DNA of 64,000 nucleotides from Lama glama (lineage: Eukaryota), in assembly GCA_028534125.1 (NCBI GenBank), contig CM052823.1, positions 71,486,001-71,550,000 of the forward strand. The letters run 5' to 3'. The notes under the pieces were generated by a model. The model ran no database searches, was not told where the DNA came from, and was given only the letters and a program-made list of their open reading frames with translations. Shown piece after piece: positions 57,075 to 64,000 of the stretch; positions within the stretch are counted from its first letter, which is position 1; each line of letters starts with the position of its first letter. Position numbers and translations under genes: made by a program.

Positions 57075-57699
57075 GGAACCATCGCCCCACCCCAAGCCAA
57101 ATACTCCAGCTAGAGAGCCCTTTCCCTGATCAGGGGCACCTTTCCTAACAGAGAGGCTCTCAGGGCAGCAAGTGTGCAGCTTCTGAGGCCTGATCAGGAG
57201 GGGCAGAGAGGTGTGGGGGATTTTGGAGAAGGTCGGCTGAGCACAAAGTGGGGGAATAGTGGGACGTAGCAGGAGCCTACAGGGAGCCAGAGTACACCTG
57301 GCCTGCTCCAAGACCTCAGTTACTCCCCTGCTCTGAGCAGTGGGAGGGTTGAGTACCTGTGCCTACATGAATCTTCCAGGTAGCGATATGACAGTGAAGA
57401 GACAGTTGAGCGCATCAGTTAGCTTCTTTGGACCTCTGTTTTCTCATCTGCAAAATAACTGAATGCCCTCCATGTCTACTTAGGGCAACCTCTGTGAAGG
57501 AATTTCTGAAGCAGGACCTAATTTCAAGTGATCCTTTCCATTGTCCTTAGAGAATTCTTACATTTGTCAGATTACATATCATCGATTTCGATAAACCAGC
57601 CACTAGATTAGGAAATCAAAAATCCCCTGCTTCACACCACACTGAGGGGTACAAGTTCAGGTTCTGGAGGGGGCCCTGAGACTAGCCTCCCAGGGCAGC

Positions 57700-58800
57700 C
57701 GTTTCCCGCAGGTGTTAGTTCTGCCAGGTCGTCGGCGGGAGTTTCTGTTTAGCTTGCCCGTCGGAGCAAGAGGACGGGCCTGAGGTGGTTTGACAGCAGC
57801 TCTGCCTGGCGGCCCAGTGTTATTTCCAGGGACTGGGCCCCAGGCCTTCCCGGGTTCCAGCAGTGGGCGCGGGCCGGGGCGATCCGGTGGTGTGGCCTTG
57901 AGGCTAGAGGCACGGCCAGCGGGGGGCGCGCGCGGACAACCCCGCCAGGCTCAGCCAAGGACCCGGCGCCACAGCTGCCAGGGAGATTCGGGTTGACCAG
58001 TTGGCCGCAGGCGTCGGGGGCCGTACCCATCCTTCTGAGGAAGTGCGTCCAAGGGCATGAGGCCGGTCTCTGCTTCCTCTGGAAAGGGAACACAGTCGGT
58101 CGCGCCAGCTTTCCCGCCTCCGCCGGCGCACGGCTTCCGCGTGGCAGTGCCTCCCCGCTCCCTCCCGTCTGGCGCGCTGCCCCTTTGTCTCTCCGCGGCT
58201 CCCCTCCTCCCAGACAAATGGCTGTTGGCAGGAAACTGGACGCGCTCTCAGGGAGTTGGCGCTCGTCGGGGCGGCGGGGAGAGGGCGTCGCGCGGCCGGC
58301 CGGCTCTGGGTGCCCCCAGCCGGGGTGGGAGCGGCGGCGGCGGCGGGGGATGTTTTGACATCTCGTCAAAGGAAGGAACTTGATGCTTCGAAAGTGCTTT
58401 TCACAGCCGGCCTGTGTCTGCTCCAGAACTGATTTATAAATACAATCAGTGCTCGCTCTGCTGTTCCCTCCCCCGTCGGCCCGGGGGGCGGCGCTGGAGG
58501 CACGGACGCGGCTGTGCCTGGCAGGAATGGGTTTATTTATTGCCTCTGGCCCGTAGCCGGGGCGGCGCGGGGCCTGCACAAGTTCCCTCCGGCCCTTCCC
58601 ATCCTTCCCCGCCCCCATGCCATCTCCTTCCCAGGGGTCTGCTTTCCCGAAGCCCCGCACCAGACTCTGGAAGGAGCCCACCGGGGTTTGGGGTGGGGGC
58701 GGGCGGAGGTGGTCGGGCCACCCCGCCAGCCGCGTACAGCTCCACCCCGCATCCACCTCTCCACACCACGGGGAAGAAGGTGGTGGAGTAGGGGGTCGCC
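57700..58800. promoter_or_regulatory. CpG island between the DUOX1 and SHF 3' ends, overlapping the SHF 3' UTR and poly(A) site
   Basis: Visibly high GC and CpG density, a (GCG)n run at about 58331-58345, GC boxes. Confidence 0.7.
58532..58541 (-). terminator. SHF polyadenylation signal (two overlapping hexamers)
   Basis: TTTATTTATT on + = AATAAATAAA on -, about 580 nt after the SHF stop. Confidence 0.65.
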
Positions 58801-59119
58801 ACCTCTGCCCTAGGGGCGGAAAGGGGCTGGAACTATCGATCTTAAACTCCTCAGGACATCATTCTGAAGCCCCCTTCCTCCAGGAGCTATCCTTTCTTCC
58901 CAAGGATCCCTCTATCCTCAGCTCCAGACTGCCTCTCTTACTCCGAGGCCCCAGTGGACCTTCCCCTTTAGAATAAATTAAGGAATCTCCAGCTTCCATC
59001 CCAGGGAGAAGGGAAGAAACGCTCGAGAGATCTTGCGGACCGGGGAAGGGCCACAGCCCTCAGCCAGGGGACGGGCACAGGGCTGGATCCAGATCTGTCA
59101 CAGTGCCTGGGCCTCACAT

Positions 59120-63069
<3,950 letters not shown>

Positions 63070-64000
63070 NNNNNNNNNNNNNNNNNNNNNNNNNNNNNNN
63101 NNNNNNNNNNNNNNNNNNNNNNNNNNNNNNNNNNNNNNNNNNNNNNNNNNNNNNNNNNNNNNNNNNNNNNNNNNNNNNNNNNNNNNNNNNNNNNNNNNNN
63201 NAGGACCCTAGAGGTAGAGCCCTATAGAATAGCCAGTGCCCCAACCCCATTTCCCAAAAGGGGGCAAAGGAATGTTCTGGAAGGGTGGAGCATGCTCCTG
63301 GGCCTGACCAGCTCTAGGAACAGTATCTTGGGTCCATCTCCTGGTGGGGGAGGTGTGGGGCAGGGCTTATCCCTCCTGTGCCACACAGGGCCTCCCAGTC
63401 CCCACACTGTGGCAGGGGAGGGGAGAGAAGCAACACAAGAAACCACTTAAGCTTCTCTCCCTCTGGAGCAGCTGACTGCCTTCCCTTATTCCGTCCCCCT
63501 CANNNNNNNNNNNNNNNNNNNNNNNNNNNNNNNNNNNNNNNNNNNNNNNNNNNNNNNNNNNNNNNNNNNNNNNNNNNNNNNNNNNNNNNNNNNNNNNNNN
63601 NNNNNNNNNNNNNNNNNNNNNNNNNNNNNNNNNNNNNNNNNNNNNNNNNNNNNNNNNNNNNNNNNNCGCCAGCCAGCCCACCCCTCCCCCGCCCCCAAGG
63701 TCGCTGCCACAGGCTCCCCTCCTCAAGCCACAGAAGCCCAGCGGAGGCAGCTCTGCCCTCCCAGACAGGGTAGGCCTGACCGCTGAGTCCACCCAGGGAG
63801 GGCTGAAGCCAGTGGGCCACACGGGCACCAGCACACATGCACAGGTGACAGAGACTCTCCTTCATCCTGTATTTACAAGATACCCACTCACACTCAGGCA
63901 CAAATGTACAAACAGGTGCTCACCCCTGTTTGCACAGATGCAATGCACACCCTTGGCTGCCCATTCTGGGTAAAACTGAATGTAGATGAAGTGTTCAGTG

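Noticed and set aside
57749-58756. 335 aa ORF on the - strand downstream of SHF
   Set aside because: Pro/Arg/Gly/Ala-rich with no recognisable domain; expected from stop-codon scarcity in a CpG island.

Overview
Mammalian genomic DNA containing the dual-oxidase cluster. In order: the 5' two-thirds of DUOX2 (- strand, runs off the left edge), DUOXA2 (+), DUOXA1 (-), a complete DUOX1 (+) and the 3' end of SHF (-). DUOX2/DUOXA2 and DUOXA1/DUOX1 are head-to-head pairs; DUOXA2/DUOXA1 and DUOX1/SHF are tail-to-tail. I traced exons by hand from splice sites and reading phase; exon numbering is mine and counts one non-coding exon 1 for DUOX1 and DUOX2. Eight N-gaps hide parts of exons. The repeats I can recognise are old (MIR, L2, L1M, MER-type hAT elements), with no Alu, B1, Bov-A, PRE-1 or SINEC. 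That absence and the protein sequence suggest an artiodactyl such as a camelid (inference only). The gene system itself is well known and I found no new gene family. The strongest unexplained structure is a patchwork of near-identical inverted DUOX1/DUOX2 tracts that include introns (about 1.46 kb and 0.3 kb, plus two exon-sized tracts). This points to ongoing gene conversion and a potentially invertible 22 kb promoter/DUOXA cassette. Smaller findings: a GC-AG intron, a poly(A)-only retro-insertion with a 16 bp TSD, a degenerate repeat array in the last DUOX1 intron, and several candidate regulatory elements.
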